Positions 50,501 through 63,306 of a stretch of 64,000 bases of DNA are shown one piece after another (position 1 is the stretch's first letter; each line of letters begins with the position of its first letter). The notes below the pieces were generated by a model. That model made no database searches, had not been told where the DNA came from, and saw only the letters and a program-made list of their open reading frames with translations. The stretch comes from Ruditapes philippinarum (lineage: Eukaryota). The translations under genes were made by a program, and so were the position numbers. The stretch is taken from positions 62,001-126,000 of the forward strand of contig NW_026859735.1 in assembly GCF_026571515.1 (NCBI RefSeq), written 5' to 3'.

Positions 50501-53500
50501 GCAGAACATGTCTTCATGAGAAATCCATAAAATTATAGATCAATTCTATAACTTCTGCAATGTTGCTCTAGGAAAATATGTTATTTCTTTATAAAATGTG
50601 TCTATAACAAATACAATATACATGACTATAATGCAATTAGTTAGGATAAATCTGATGTTAAAAATATCTATCAGAGGCCTGTGGTATACAGTGGAATAAA
50701 ACTGTGTTCATCCTCTTGACATTATTTGTACACTTGACATTATTTGTACACTTGACATAATCATTATTTGTACACTACCTGTACATATCCGAGACATTAA
50801 ATGTATATTTTTTATTTTGGCCACTATGAACAAGCATTACAAACAGTTTTGTTTTTTCCATCAAAGAGAAGAGCTCTTAAAGCTTTCTTCTACATAACTA
50901 TGGGGAGAAAAAACAATTGTTTTATTATGAAAATGAAAAACAAACTGAACATTTAAATATGTTTTATTTCAGCAAATTATCCAGTTTCTGTAACAAGAGC
51001 GATCAGTGATCACATGTGTCACCTGCTGATAGCCAAATGCATGTTGCAGCTACTGTGTAGCAGGAGGCACAAAAATTATTAACAGGCTAAAATGTGTTAC
51101 TATTATTCAAGGGCCATAACATAGCTAAAAATCACAGCTTAACCAGAAAATAAGCGTAAGACAGCGCGCTCGACTTTTTTATTGCTTGCCAATAAAAAAA
51201 GTTTTTGCAGTAAAAGGCAATACAAGAATCTCTGTATTTTTAAAGTGAACAATGGCCATGAGCATTAAGATATTTAGTGAAGAATTATTTTACTGAATTG
51301 TGTGATACCCTTGAACACTGCAGCAAAGTTTGAAATGTTTAAGTCAAAAGAGGGCTGGTAAGAAAGAAAAAAAAACTAAGTCGATAAAAGGCCTTAATTT
51401 CTAAAACAAATCCTTGACAGAGTTACCTTCTCTTGCGTACAGATGGGGGTAATGATGTGAAATAGCATTAAAAGTTTCAAAGCAATATCTCAAAGGGTTA
51501 AGGCAATAAGTGGATTTTACCCATATTCAATGTATTTTCTAAGTCAAAAAGGGGCATAATTCTGTCAAAAACCTTGACAGAGTTATGTCCTCTTGTCTCT
51601 TGATGAAGGTCGTGATGGTAAACAAGTATGGTCAGTTTCAAAGCAATACCTCCAATGGTTTTGAAATAAAGTGAGGTGGTACAAAAAACTTAACCAAGCT
51701 CAATACACTTTCTAAGTCAAAAAAGGGCCATAATTCTGTCAAAAACCTTGACAGAGTTATGTACTCTTGTCTGTAGATGGAGGTTATGATGGTGAACAAG
51801 TATGGTAAGTTTCAAAGCCATACTTGTAATACTTCTGAAATAAAGTGGGGTGGTACGAAAAACTTAACCAAGGTGTGACGCCAACGCCGACGCCAACGCC
51901 GACGCCGACGCCGGGGCGAGTAGGATAGCTCCCCTTTTCATAGAAAAGTCGAGCTAAAAATCACAGCTTAACCAGAAAATGTGTTTAAAATGCGCAAATA
52001 CTTGAGGTACCGATCAATCCTGTAAAGTTTCATTTAATTTTGCATTAATAGTAAAGACAAAACTTTAAAAAATAAAAATCATTAAAGGGCCATAACTCTG
52101 ACAATAAACCTTTAACAGAAAAATGCTGATAATATTGCACAACTAGACTTGGTACTGATCATTCCTGTTATGTTTGGATGAAATTGCACCAGCAGTTTAC
52201 GAGGAATAGTCCGGACAGGTTTTGTGACAGACAGACGACGGAGAAGTGATCCATATATGTTGCCACTACTGGCAACACAAAAATTCAATATTAGCATATT
52301 TTAATTTGAGTTTAAGAAGAATAACACTGACAAAATCTCCTGAGGGCCCTTGACATAGCTTTTATTCTCTTCATTTATATATATATATGACAAACAGTAC
52401 AGAAATCTATCTAAATATTTTTATCCAAACTGACCTCTTAAATCTCACCATCGCTCTCCCCACCCCTCAACTACCCTTAAAAACCTCACACAAGGGCAGA
52501 CGTCTATCTTAGCCTTTGCTAGGTACAAATATATTTAATATCTACATCAGTATAGAAATTAAGGAACAATGAGAAGAAGTACACATTATGTATAGAAGGA
52601 AAAACCAGAAACTATAAGCTCCCCAGAAAATTTATCGGGCAGCATAAAATCAGCTTGCATTTTAAGACAGTCTCTCGTCTGCTAACTAGATGCTTGCTAT
52701 TTTATATCAATACGTAATGCAACAATAGTAATAAAGAATATGATAAAATCCTCTTCTACTTGTAGATCATAGAGAGATGAATATTATATTCGATCCATTC
52801 ATCTGAACACAAATTTTAAAGTGAATAATAAATGAAAATTTAATATAATTATGTTATATATATGTACCGTGGTGTTCTAAAAATAATCTACTACAGGCGA
52901 ATTACTGAATTATGGATGAAGTTTTATTTTCATTCGTTTTTTTATGTATTATTTAAATAACAACATGTATAGTTTCACTCACCGTACTAGTGTATGCATG
53001 TGGTACCAGGTACTGCCGCTAAAATTATCTATCGCTTTGCCGATTTTTGTTTCAACAACAAAGATGCATTTGTTTTAACTATGATTGTGATACTCAAATT
53101 TACATATTTTCATTAATATACAATGTCGTATTAAACTATTTCAATTCTTACTTTACAATTAAGCTAATATGATGGGACTGTGTACGTCACCCAATCGATT
53201 TTTTTGCTAATCATGCGCTTCAAATTTTTTAAGTAAATAACACAACCTTTTTATTGTTATACATTTTGAAGAATAACAACTGAATAAGTTAACTGTATAT
53301 AATATGCTGAGGAAATATGTTAAGGATTATTTTAGTATAGTTTATAGAAATTAAAACACATACTGTTATATCTCTTTTTCACTGTTTCTCCAAAATTAAA
53401 GGGTTATTTAAAACGCATGAATATTGTATGTTATAGATTAACATGTTCTGTAAGTGAATATACTGCTATTTGAAGTAGGTTTTCTACTGTTCATCAATGA

Positions 53501-56500
53501 TTTTGTGCATGCGCATTTAGCTTTTAAGGAAATATTACATATTTCTCATCATTTGGGTATTTTAGGAACGTTCTACTTATTTTAACAGCGATAGCTTTAA
53601 ACACTTTAACGTTAAATCAAAATTTTGTTTACCGATTTCAATTTTAGTAGTCTTACTAATTAATGTCATACAACACAAATTGTTGGAACTTTTTTACATC
53701 GAATATTTTAAAAAGTAAACAATATGTCACGCTGATAGGCTGACAACTCACCACAACTTTTTTACAATATATTTTAAAAGTAAACGATTTGTTTCTTGCA
53801 AGATGCACTTATGAGACTTTTGACATAAAATATCAAAACAAATTATTTTATTGCTATGGTAACTCTTTTTAACAGTAGACATTGGCAACAACATGTGACA
53901 CATTCATCTAATGAATTGTTTGTTTGATTGGGTTTTACGTCACACCGACACAGTATAGGTCATAAGCCAACATTCCAGCTTTACTAGTGGAGGAAGACCT
54001 CAGGTGCTCTTCGGTGCATTATTTCAGCCTTGAATGGGGACCTGAGTAGAACCATCGACGTTCCGTAAGCTAGCTGGATAGCTTCCTCACATGAAAGAAT
54101 CCCCAGTCCCTCTGGGGATTCAAACCCACAGCGCGAGGGGACAGTGGTTTGAAGTCAACGACCTTGACCACACGGCCATGGACGCCCCATTTATCTACTG
54201 TGAAATAGGTATAGCATATTATGCTGTAGTGGTTTTCTGAGGCTTTGTATTTTGCTACCAGCAGTGTTGGCAATATCTCACAAGACCAAAGGGTAGCAAA
54301 ATACATGGCCCCTAAAAGGTTACAACATAATGATCCGTTTATTACATACCTATAAATATTATCACTAAAAGAATTTCAATTTACTTGACTTCTATTGGAA
54401 ATATAGCTTGTTGAGAAATTAAATTCATGAATGACGGATGACTACATAAATCTAACAAAAGAGGCCCGACCCTCAGAAGTATCAGCTCCCATTTTTAAAT
54501 GCTACATAATGCACAGCTAAGATGGGAAGCAACGATGAAAAATACTCTTCCTTATATGGTACCGTTTTATGTCAATGTGTTGAATCATACTAGTGCTTCA
54601 TGATTTGTCTCTATTTTAGGGTTAAATTTTTAGGTATACAATAAATACATTAACAAAAAATATTTGTTTTCATTTAAATGTTTGTAAAGTTGTATTAATT
54701 TTTCTTGCTATTCTTATATATAATGTTATGTAGAGTTTTTTTTTATATATTTATCATTCTTCAGTTGTGTTTTTTTGTTATTCATATATTTAATGTAGTG
54801 TGTGTTTTTCATATATTTATTCTTATATAATTGGAAAATATAGAAGTAAATTTTATAGTTAGTTTGAACAAATTTTAATTTCATAATGATGAAAAGTTTG
54901 AAGCTTATTGAAACCACACAGAAGATTGCTTCCTGGAGCTAACTGACACACACATTAATTTGACTTTTAATAATACTGCACGTATGTAATGTCGCTTTTC
55001 ATTGGATAATTGTGACGTTTATATAGTTTTATATGCACGGCTGCTGTCGATTTATGAAGAAAACAATGTTGCTTGCTGTATTAAAAATTTGTTATAAGAT
55101 TTCTAACAGGTTATATGGCCGTATATAAACGGTTGTTTTCAATATAACCCGAGCCGCTCAAACATTTATATAGGGCCATAATTATAATGTCAAAAAATCT
55201 TTATAACTAATAATATCACATTCTATTTTCAGAGCATTTTAATTACTTATAAATAGGACAAGAGCTGTCTGTAAGACAGCATGCTCGACTATTCTCAGTG
55301 CTTGATAAAGCTTCTGGATAATATAGAATTTTGTACATTCAAATAGGGCTATAATTCTGTTAAAATCCAAGTAAGAGTTATGAGCCTTACATAGCCTGAC
55401 ATCCTTCTATGCTCTCAAATCACTTCAGATATTTTTTGGGACACATACTTGCATGAGAAAACTTAACCAGTGTGACGGTTACACCGGGGTTATTAGTACA
55501 GCAGTTGTCTCTGTTCTTCGAATAATCAAGCTAAAATTTGGGCGTTTAGGAACATCAAAAGCCTGAACTTCAGGAAAAATCATTAAAAGAGCGCTATAAA
55601 GTTTAGAGTGTTTTATTTCCAACTTCAGATAAATAATTTTAAAAATCTTTATTTATTTGTGGCAAGACGCATAATAATTAGTCATATTGAACCAGCTTAT
55701 TGTTGATTATCAACATGGCGGTTAACAATGGTTATTGTTTAACGAAACATACATTGTAAAGAAAATTTATTATATACATTTGATCATGTTCAAGTTTCAA
55801 TAACTCTCATGGTATTGTTACCAGTCTGAATTTTACCACACTCATGGATGGCTTGCAAGACAACCCTTCATTTCAATTGCTTTTTTATGTATTACCGGTA
55901 CATAAAACAAAAGAAACTTCCAGCATGGGTACAAATGTAAAAATAACTGAAACACCATTTTGATATGCAAGAAATAAATATAACTCTCAGTTCTAGAAAC
56001 AGAACAGAGGTTCGAACCAAAAATGTCACGCATCAAATTCTATCAATTTGTACATATATATGCCCCCATTTTTGCATCTTGACACCGAAATCTCTTAAAA
56101 CTTTAAATGGACTGTTCAAAGTTCAAAGCCAGGCAAGTCCATTAAATAAATTCAGGTTTAAAGACATGCCAACATTGATAAAGGCATATGGCGACTTTCT
56201 AGCTTTATAAATATAGGAAGACCCCAGTTCTGATCCATACATTAAAGGAACAAACAGGCACCCGAGTTAGAACCACTAACTTTTTAAACTAGCCGGAAAG
56301 CTTCCTTGCATGAAAAACTCCAAAGCTCCTGTTCGAATTCAAAATTTATAGTCAGCCACCATAACTACTTTGCAAAACAAAAATTCCCTTTTTATTAATT
56401 AACTATATTAAGGTTATAAGTGAGCAAAAATTCTCCCAAAGCAAATATTTCACTGAAAGGAAAAATCAACAAAGAGCACCTACCAAGAACTTGTCCTAAA

Positions 56501-58191
56501 AATTTTGTTCCATTCTCAGCCTCTTGTGCCTTCCTGGCATCCTCTTCATTCTCAAATTGCACGAAACCAAAACCACGGTCATGGATTGAAACACCTGAAA
56601 TAATGTACTTAACTCAAACAAATGTTACTTTCATACAGTCACACAAAATTTTAACAAAACCCAAGGGCATGGATTCAATTTTATGAAACAAAGAAGGGTA
56701 TGAACTCAATTATATGATTTCATGAAAAATGATTTCAGATGAATAATGTCTATCATAAAGCTTTGTCAGAGACACAGGAATACTCCCTTGTGGCTTAGGG
56801 ACTGCCTTTAAGAATTGCAGCCACAGGTTCCCTCTGGTTCCCTCTGTGTGATCATAAGAGGCAACTAAATGGATCTGAATTACTGGTAACTAATCTAACT
56901 ATGCATCGCTTAGCTCCAGCAGGTGAGGTGGTTTTGTTGGTGTTGCTTGAAGTTTTTTTTTACACTCACTGTTAGCGGCTAGCCAAAATAACTTTTCCTG
57001 TTTTGGCGCCTTATGACCTTAACTTAGTAAGTGCGCCGTAAAGCCACAGGAATAAAATTTAGAAAAACAAGCACAAACAGTTAACACTAATGGATCTGTA
57101 AATATTGACAAATTTAGGGCAATGCATCTTAAGAACACAAGCTGCTCCTGCTTTCTTTAAACAGTTTCCATGTAGTGATGATTTACAGTGATATGAGTGG
57201 GTGTTTTCCACTGCCATGTCAAAATTTAAGAAAATACTAAAATGAATATGGCGAATTGCATAAATGCCAACTAGTGTCCATAATCCATAATTGTTATATG
57301 GTCTAAATGGACAAACATGCAATTCTAATCTGAAATATAAATCAGAACAAAGTTACTTCTGTAAGTGCTGAAGAATCTCTAACCTTAGTAAGTTTTCTTT
57401 TTACTTAGTCATTCAACATATATGTAATTTGATACAGGTATCTTAGACCAAATGAAGCTGGTATTTAGAAAGTACATTATCACAATCTCTTTAAAAAGCT
57501 TCTAATTTCACCTATGCAAAGTTTTTAAATCACAGTACTTCGCCAAAATAAATAATTCTAACCATTCAATATAATATAAACATTACTTATTGTTATATAT
57601 TTGACAAATCACTTTTAATGTAAATTTTGTTTCCTTGACTGAATCAAAGTTTGATTAGAAATAATAGTGCATTTTGCAAAAAATATGTCAACAAAAAGAC
57701 ATTTTGACTTAGAACGATGTCCCATCATTTCTACAAATGAAACAGATTACTATTTAATTAAATATAACTTGAATTGTAAACTTACCTAAAATTTTACCAT
57801 ATGGTGCGAAAAGTGACTCTAATTCTTCTTTTGTACATTTGTCCGATGGTAACTTTCCAATAAAAATTCTAGCGTTTAAAAATGCCGGATCTTCAATATT
57901 TGTCCGACTTCTAACATCCCTCAAGTGTCGCGACGGAGATCTACTACTCCGCCTCTCACTTCTAGAATTTCTAGATTCTCTCGATTTACTTCGGGACCGA
58001 CTCCTGTAATGTCTACGACGAACTGGTGACCTACTTCTTCTCCGGTACCGATCACGTGAACGGGACCGCGACCTGGACATTGATCTTTTTTTACCAGGAG
58101 GTATGACTCTTCCAAATTTATCTATACGTTCACGTGGGGAGCGACTACGGCTCCGGCTTCTGCTTGTACTCCGTGACCTGGTCCTAACCAT
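38544..58191 (-). CDS. NCOA5: Nuclear receptor coactivator 5 / Neosin-like protein (RS domain, RRM, RDPY repeats, NCOA5 core, Q/G-rich tail), ~700-712 aa; exons 58191-57786, 56594-56484, 50041-49924, 49590-49468, [48858-48823], 46530-46444, 46177-46037, 44880-44681, 40986-40694, 39166-38544
   Basis: RS-rich N terminus; RRM (ARIFIGKLP...FAPYGKILGVSIHDRGFGFVQF); D-P-Y-R repeats; NCOA5-type motifs YAESIEARL, FAIIINTQNETHKSLTLNILHGTPQEHRNMPLEDAMKLI, LLNLLADNRQLTIEEL, QQELQNKILNIL, INFDNPNVQKALDNLIQSGP. All junctions are GT-AG and phase-consistent except a 1-nt shortfall in exon 40986-40694. Confidence 0.9.
45407..45559. repeat. ~150-bp imperfect palindrome, probably the end of a Crypton-like non-autonomous element extending to ~45945
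   Basis: atttgtttgttttgcatgtaagattgaaatata...gtgaacaccag...attttcacgagtggc GTA gccacgagtgaaaat...ctggtgttcac...tatatttcaatcttatatgtaaaacaaataaat. The palindrome is seen directly; the family assignment is inferred. Confidence 0.75.
48055..48585 (+). mobile_element. Pearl/HINE-like element: 3 core repeats (~150-165 bp), (gacg)n and a 3' hairpin
   Basis: Core gaccttgacctttga...tcaaaatcaataggggtcatctactaatcatgactaacctccatgccaaatatgaagac x3. Terminal hairpin tatacccccc...gggggtata at 48549-48584. Confidence 0.8.
49171..49410. repeat. 21/24-bp minisatellite (atcaatacatatgaacaagtg), ~10 copies
   Basis: Visible tandem array in an NCOA5 intron. It explains the ICIDHL repeats in ORF 49230..49625. Confidence 0.85.
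51155..51960 (+). mobile_element. Pearl/HINE-like element, copy 2, nested in an older HINE-like element (~50991-52282)
   Basis: Near-identical to 20608-21430 except for one swapped core unit. The host begins taacaagagcgatcag and ends gacagacagacgacgg...tgttgccactactggcaaca. Confidence 0.85.
53916..54188 (-). mobile_element. Full-length tRNA-derived SINE (same family as 31175-31409)
   Basis: Head ggggcgtccatggccgtgtggtcaagg (A-box) and gggtttgaatcc (B-box), same core and (aaac)n tail. Older copies near 22880-23065 and 56180-56345. Confidence 0.88.
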
Positions 58192-59644
58192 TGGTGCCCA
58201 ACTCTGAAAAAATATGCCAATATTGCAATTAATAAACTGTAAAAAAGAACTTGATGTAATTCCTAATGGTACATGATACAATTGTATATGTCATGTGAAG
58301 AAATTTTCTGGGCTATTATAAAATCAATAATAAAACACAAATAATGTTTTTCTTAAAATTTCAATGTCAGAAAACAAATTTCAATCTTATTTTTGGAGTA
58401 TCAACTGTCTATCAACTGTCTTTGTGTAAATTTTCTAGTCATGGGGTGAATGTTTAAACTTTGGTCTTGAGAATACTAATGAAATAACAACCTGTTTTTC
58501 CCCAACTTAAGTTAAAACCGATGATGTATGACTTTTAAAATTTTTTTCTTCAGATCATCCATTTCACACTTTCTTTTACAATACTTACCTTAATACAGGT
58601 GGGGGCTATCAAACAAATTTCCAAGGCCAAATATAGGTATTTTTTCTCAGCCAATGAAAATTATTTCCATTATCAAAATGTTAAGTATTGATGAGAAATG
58701 GGTTAATTTGTTCATACTAGTATTTCTTGCAAAGATAAAACTACAAGCATTTTTTTAATCCAGCACATATAACCAGTTTTAATATCCAGAGAGATTACAT
58801 GTATATACCCAAAATTTACTTTATCAATCAACATTTTAATAAATCATTATTTTTCCTAAAGTTCTTGTTTTAAATTCTCTGTATTTCTCAAGTTTTTCTA
58901 AAATATTTTAGCAAAATCCTACTTATTTAAAAGCTGCATTTTAGAAATTTTATAAAAAAAGAAAAGAAATAGCTATATATTTCATTCATAAAATGGGTTT
59001 CATATCAACTTCTGTTCTTATTTTGGCGTCCAGACAACCAAAATGAGTTTTTGAAAGTGTAAATGTCTGCAACCCGAATTCTCAGTGTGGTGAAATTAAA
59101 AAAAAACAATTCTTCTTAAATCAAAATTTAAGCAGGACTCCATTCCAGAACCTTTTATTTCATTTCTATCCATTAAATGTTTCAATAACAAAAAACTAAA
59201 AGAAATTTTTAAAGTATTCACAAAATTTTTGTCTTTGTTTCAAAATGATTTTAATTCGATACTTCTCATTGTGGGATTTTTTGTTTTATTGTTTAGTTCA
59301 CTTAATTGGAAAATTTTCTTTTAGCCCTTAATTAAAGAACAGTTAAATGGTGTGCATTAATTGTTGAAGATTGGGTTATACAGTTAGTGTGCATATCTTC
59401 AACAGTAACTGATGTACATGTATACAATATTTGTTTCAAGGGACAAAGATGGAAAATTTATGAACATTGAAATTACACAGGCACCCATGTATATAAATAT
59501 ATTGAAAAAAAAAATCACTTTCAAAGACTTAAACTTTTTTATCAACCTTGCAGCTGGATATAGCTACAATATTTCCGGTATATTTATGTTTGTAGTATAA
59601 GTAACGAATAGAAAGAACAAATCTAAACATAACTTCAACTTTAC

Positions 59645-59745
59645 CTGTCCCCTTTATCGTGATAGGCAAACAAAATAACCGCAAGTACAAAATGAAAAAT
59701 TTGTTACGTCAAAAAACATCAAAATGTAGGCGAATAAACACCGAA
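59645..59745 (-). other. Candidate non-coding 5' UTR exon of NCOA5
   Basis: Donor ggggacag|gtaaag at 59645/59644 in a CpG-containing patch. The first coding exon starts with an acceptor (58203) 12 nt before the ATG, so an upstream exon is expected. Confidence 0.35.
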
Positions 59746-61549
59746 TAAACTCTTGAAAATGCTTCCAAAAACCGTCATTACTCCAATCATATATATCAAA
59801 TTTTCAAAGCAATATAAACCTATATACATATATAAAATGGTATTTTTAAATAACATAATAATAGCACTAAGCAGGGAACTTAATGTCTAAATTTAGGCTT
59901 ACAATACAATAGGACAACTTAACTAATACTTACTGGCATAAAATTGATAAAAGAAACAAAATATTTTCAATAAAAAGGAAAAGTCTGTTAAATCTGCCCC
60001 ATAAATTTTATAAAAAGAAGTTATTGCTACTATGAATAAAAAATATAATTAATACTCTCTCTAGTAAAAAAAGTTCCTGAAAATAGTTTGCATGTTTAAA
60101 ACATAATAAAAGCATTTATTTGTGAATAATCATCAAAAGGATTCCTGAATTCCTGCAAAGTTATGCATAGGAAAATGATTGATTACAGACAGACAGATGG
60201 ACAAACAACACCATATTTTTATACATGTATGTCCTGAAGAACTATGGTTGTATAAAAACATCATTACTAAAAATACTGTCTCAAAATGCAAAATATAAGA
60301 ACTTTATAACTTACAGAAATTTTATAAGTTATCAGTCTCAAAATGATATAATGACTATCACTTAGCTTAAAATGATATCAACAGACAAAAGAAATATCTT
60401 TTTAAAGGATATATATGTATACCAATTTGTCAAATCATAAATTTTTTATTGTAGAGTTTAAAGTCAAAATGACACCAGTTAGATCATAATAATTTATATC
60501 CTCCGGTTTGCTACATAAGTGTGATACTTATTTTGTTTACATCGCAGCTTCTCTTGAGATTTCTGTTACTCAAGAACAAAAAAAGGATTTATTAAGCATA
60601 ATTATTTTTTTCATTGACACAAAGGTCTAACAATTTAGAAAAATTGTTAACAAAACATAAATTCTAAAAATGCTAAAAGGGTTGACTATCATGGATTCAT
60701 GATCATACTTCACTTTAAACATTGATTACATAACAAATTCTTGCAAATTATAATGCTTTTGAGTAACCAGAACTTCATCTTGAGATAGGTGTCAAAACAT
60801 GGTCATGACTCATGTCAGGATTGAGATCAGTTAACAGGTAATCACTAGCTAGGCCTACAGGATGTGTACTCCAAGAAAACGCTGTAGTGAAAGTCCACTA
60901 ATAATCATGCCAGGAATCTGGCACATTAGTATTTATTCATGAATCACTCTTTTGAGTAAAGTGAAGCATATTTATAAAAGTGAAGCACATGCTGATAAAA
61001 CTATATATAATCTATTAAAACAAGCCATGTAATCAACATATAAAAAAAATTATTCCGAACATAAACTACCCAATAATTTCCAATACTGAATAGGTGAAAA
61101 CATTCACTGTTTTGCCACCATCTTAAACAAAATGTTTGATCACGTGACTATGTGAGTACCAGATGGACCTTTGCGGGTTCGTTTAAATATGTGTGGAAGG
61201 TACGAAAACAATGCCATGTGCTTTAAATGATTTAATCTTTTTTAACTAAATAAAAAAATTCAAAAATTATAAAAGGTGATTCACTGGCTAATTCTACAAT
61301 TTTATTTACGTACTGTAAACTTATAAAATTGAAATAAAATTGAAATCATGTCATGTCAACAAAGATGTTTTAAATATAGTATGTATGCCAGTACTCCAAG
61401 TGATTACCGCAAATTACGACTTTATGTCATTCGAGGTCTCACGGTGACGTAACTCCTACTCCTAACAACATCATGGTCAACATCAGCTGGTTTTATTGAT
61501 GTTTTCGCGGCAATTTCATTAAGAGACTAAACAGTATTAATATCTTAAT

Positions 61550-61912
61550 AGCGAGCTCGATGAGCTGGCCCGAAGGGCCTGCTCCTAAAGCGAGCTTAAC
61601 GGTAACGCGAGTACCTGCTAAGTGAGGGCAGGTTTTGAAAACTTCCGTCCGAAGTACCTAATTGGACACATCGCAACTTTTCAAATTACAAGATAAGGAT
61701 AAAAGCTGATGTACTCTGATTGAAAACGGAAGTGTAGACTGGTGTCCCGCGCACTTATATTGAAACCATAATAAGGAGGAACCAGAATAAACGGAAGCAG
61801 TATATAAAATACTGAATGACTATTTTAAAACGGAAAATTTAAAATAAAAATGAACGATTGTTTTAACTATTTTACAGTAAAAGAAAATCGAGCTCGCTTT
61901 GAGGCTTTGCCT
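61550..61912. mobile_element. Small element with a 12-bp inverted repeat (agcgagctcgat) and a 3' hairpin, Helentron-associated type
   Basis: agcgagctcgat at 61550-61561, atcgagctcgct at 61887-61898, followed by the hairpin aggctttgcct. Confidence 0.5.
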
Positions 61913-63306
61913 TTTTCATATATATATTACAATTTAAATAGTCTGGATCAACATTAAAACAATATTTATTTAGATTATGATTATTCGCAAGAATTAATTA
62001 GGAAAAGAATATTTGCAAATTTAAAAAAGGTTTCTCATAACAGCTCTGATACAAAAGTTTAATGCAGCATCAGACGAAACAAAAAAAATATTAAAAAGCA
62101 GGTCATAAAGTTCTGGAAGCCAGAACTAAATCCACACAATCGGGTGAGAATGAAAAGAAAAAAAAAACTTTCTTCACAGTAAAATTCCAACTAAATTATT
62201 AGAACCCAAAGTGTTCGAACTCCAGTGCTACAATATGTTTAAATGCATCTTAAAGTTTGCTTACACGTTTTTCTTTCCAAATTTATATAAAATGAGAATT
62301 AATCATGGAACCGTAAATTTTTTCACAAACTGGCTGCACTTCTTTGTTACGGCCGATGAAATTGAGTCATGTTTGTGCATTCTGCATTTATGTTTCTGTT
62401 AGCATATAAGGAAATTACATTAATAATGCATTCCATTTAAGTCAACTTCATATACAAACTCACAAAATTACCTTTTTCAGTAAAAACTTTGCCAAAATTT
62501 TACAATGTGTTTTCGGCCTCAATTTGATGTGAAGGTGAAACGGTATTTTTCATTGGTTTATTAGTTTGCTTATTGTCCAATAAAATTACGAATAACATAA
62601 ATGGTATGTCTAAATTCGCGCACACGTTTTCCGAAATGAGCTTTGCACGCGCGCACTGTTCTGACAATCGAGAAATGGAATCCCTACAAAAAGTCCAAAA
62701 CGGCAATTTTATAAATGTTGCAGGCTTGGTTTAATTGAGTCTGTTCATGGACGGTGTTACCACCTACGTTCTTTATAGCATTCAACATTTAAAACGTGAA
62801 ATGGTAACTTTTTGAACGATATATACATGTTCATATGGCAACAACACGTACGTCGGTTATCAAGGAACCTTCAGGGTGACAATTAAGTGTCATTCCATGA
62901 AAAGCGGCGAATGGTCCCCAAATAAAAGAATGTTCTAAACGAGAAAACAATGGGCGGAACCTGGGACTTAAGTCCTAGGCGGAAACAAATAAAATTAGGT
63001 GATCGATCAGTGGTTTCAGAGGCATAAGAACTCCAGGACATATTTTGAGATATCACAAGAACTCCGGGACATTAGAAAAATCTGGTATAAATTTGTTAGC
63101 CGGGGCTTTATGTTTGCGATTTTGCATTATAATTAGGTAATTATATATGGCAAGGATGAACAGGTCAATACTTGCGAATTGGCAAATAATTTGGAAATTT
63201 TACTCAAAACTCCCAGATTTTACGCAAGAGGCGATGAAAAATGGACTATGAATTAGATTTTGACACATAATACAATATGTAAGGCAAGCTTAATCATGAA
63301 AGTTTA

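Noticed and set aside
54100-54188. tRNA gene
   Set aside because: The A and B boxes are the head of a SINE with core and tail; no intact cloverleaf.
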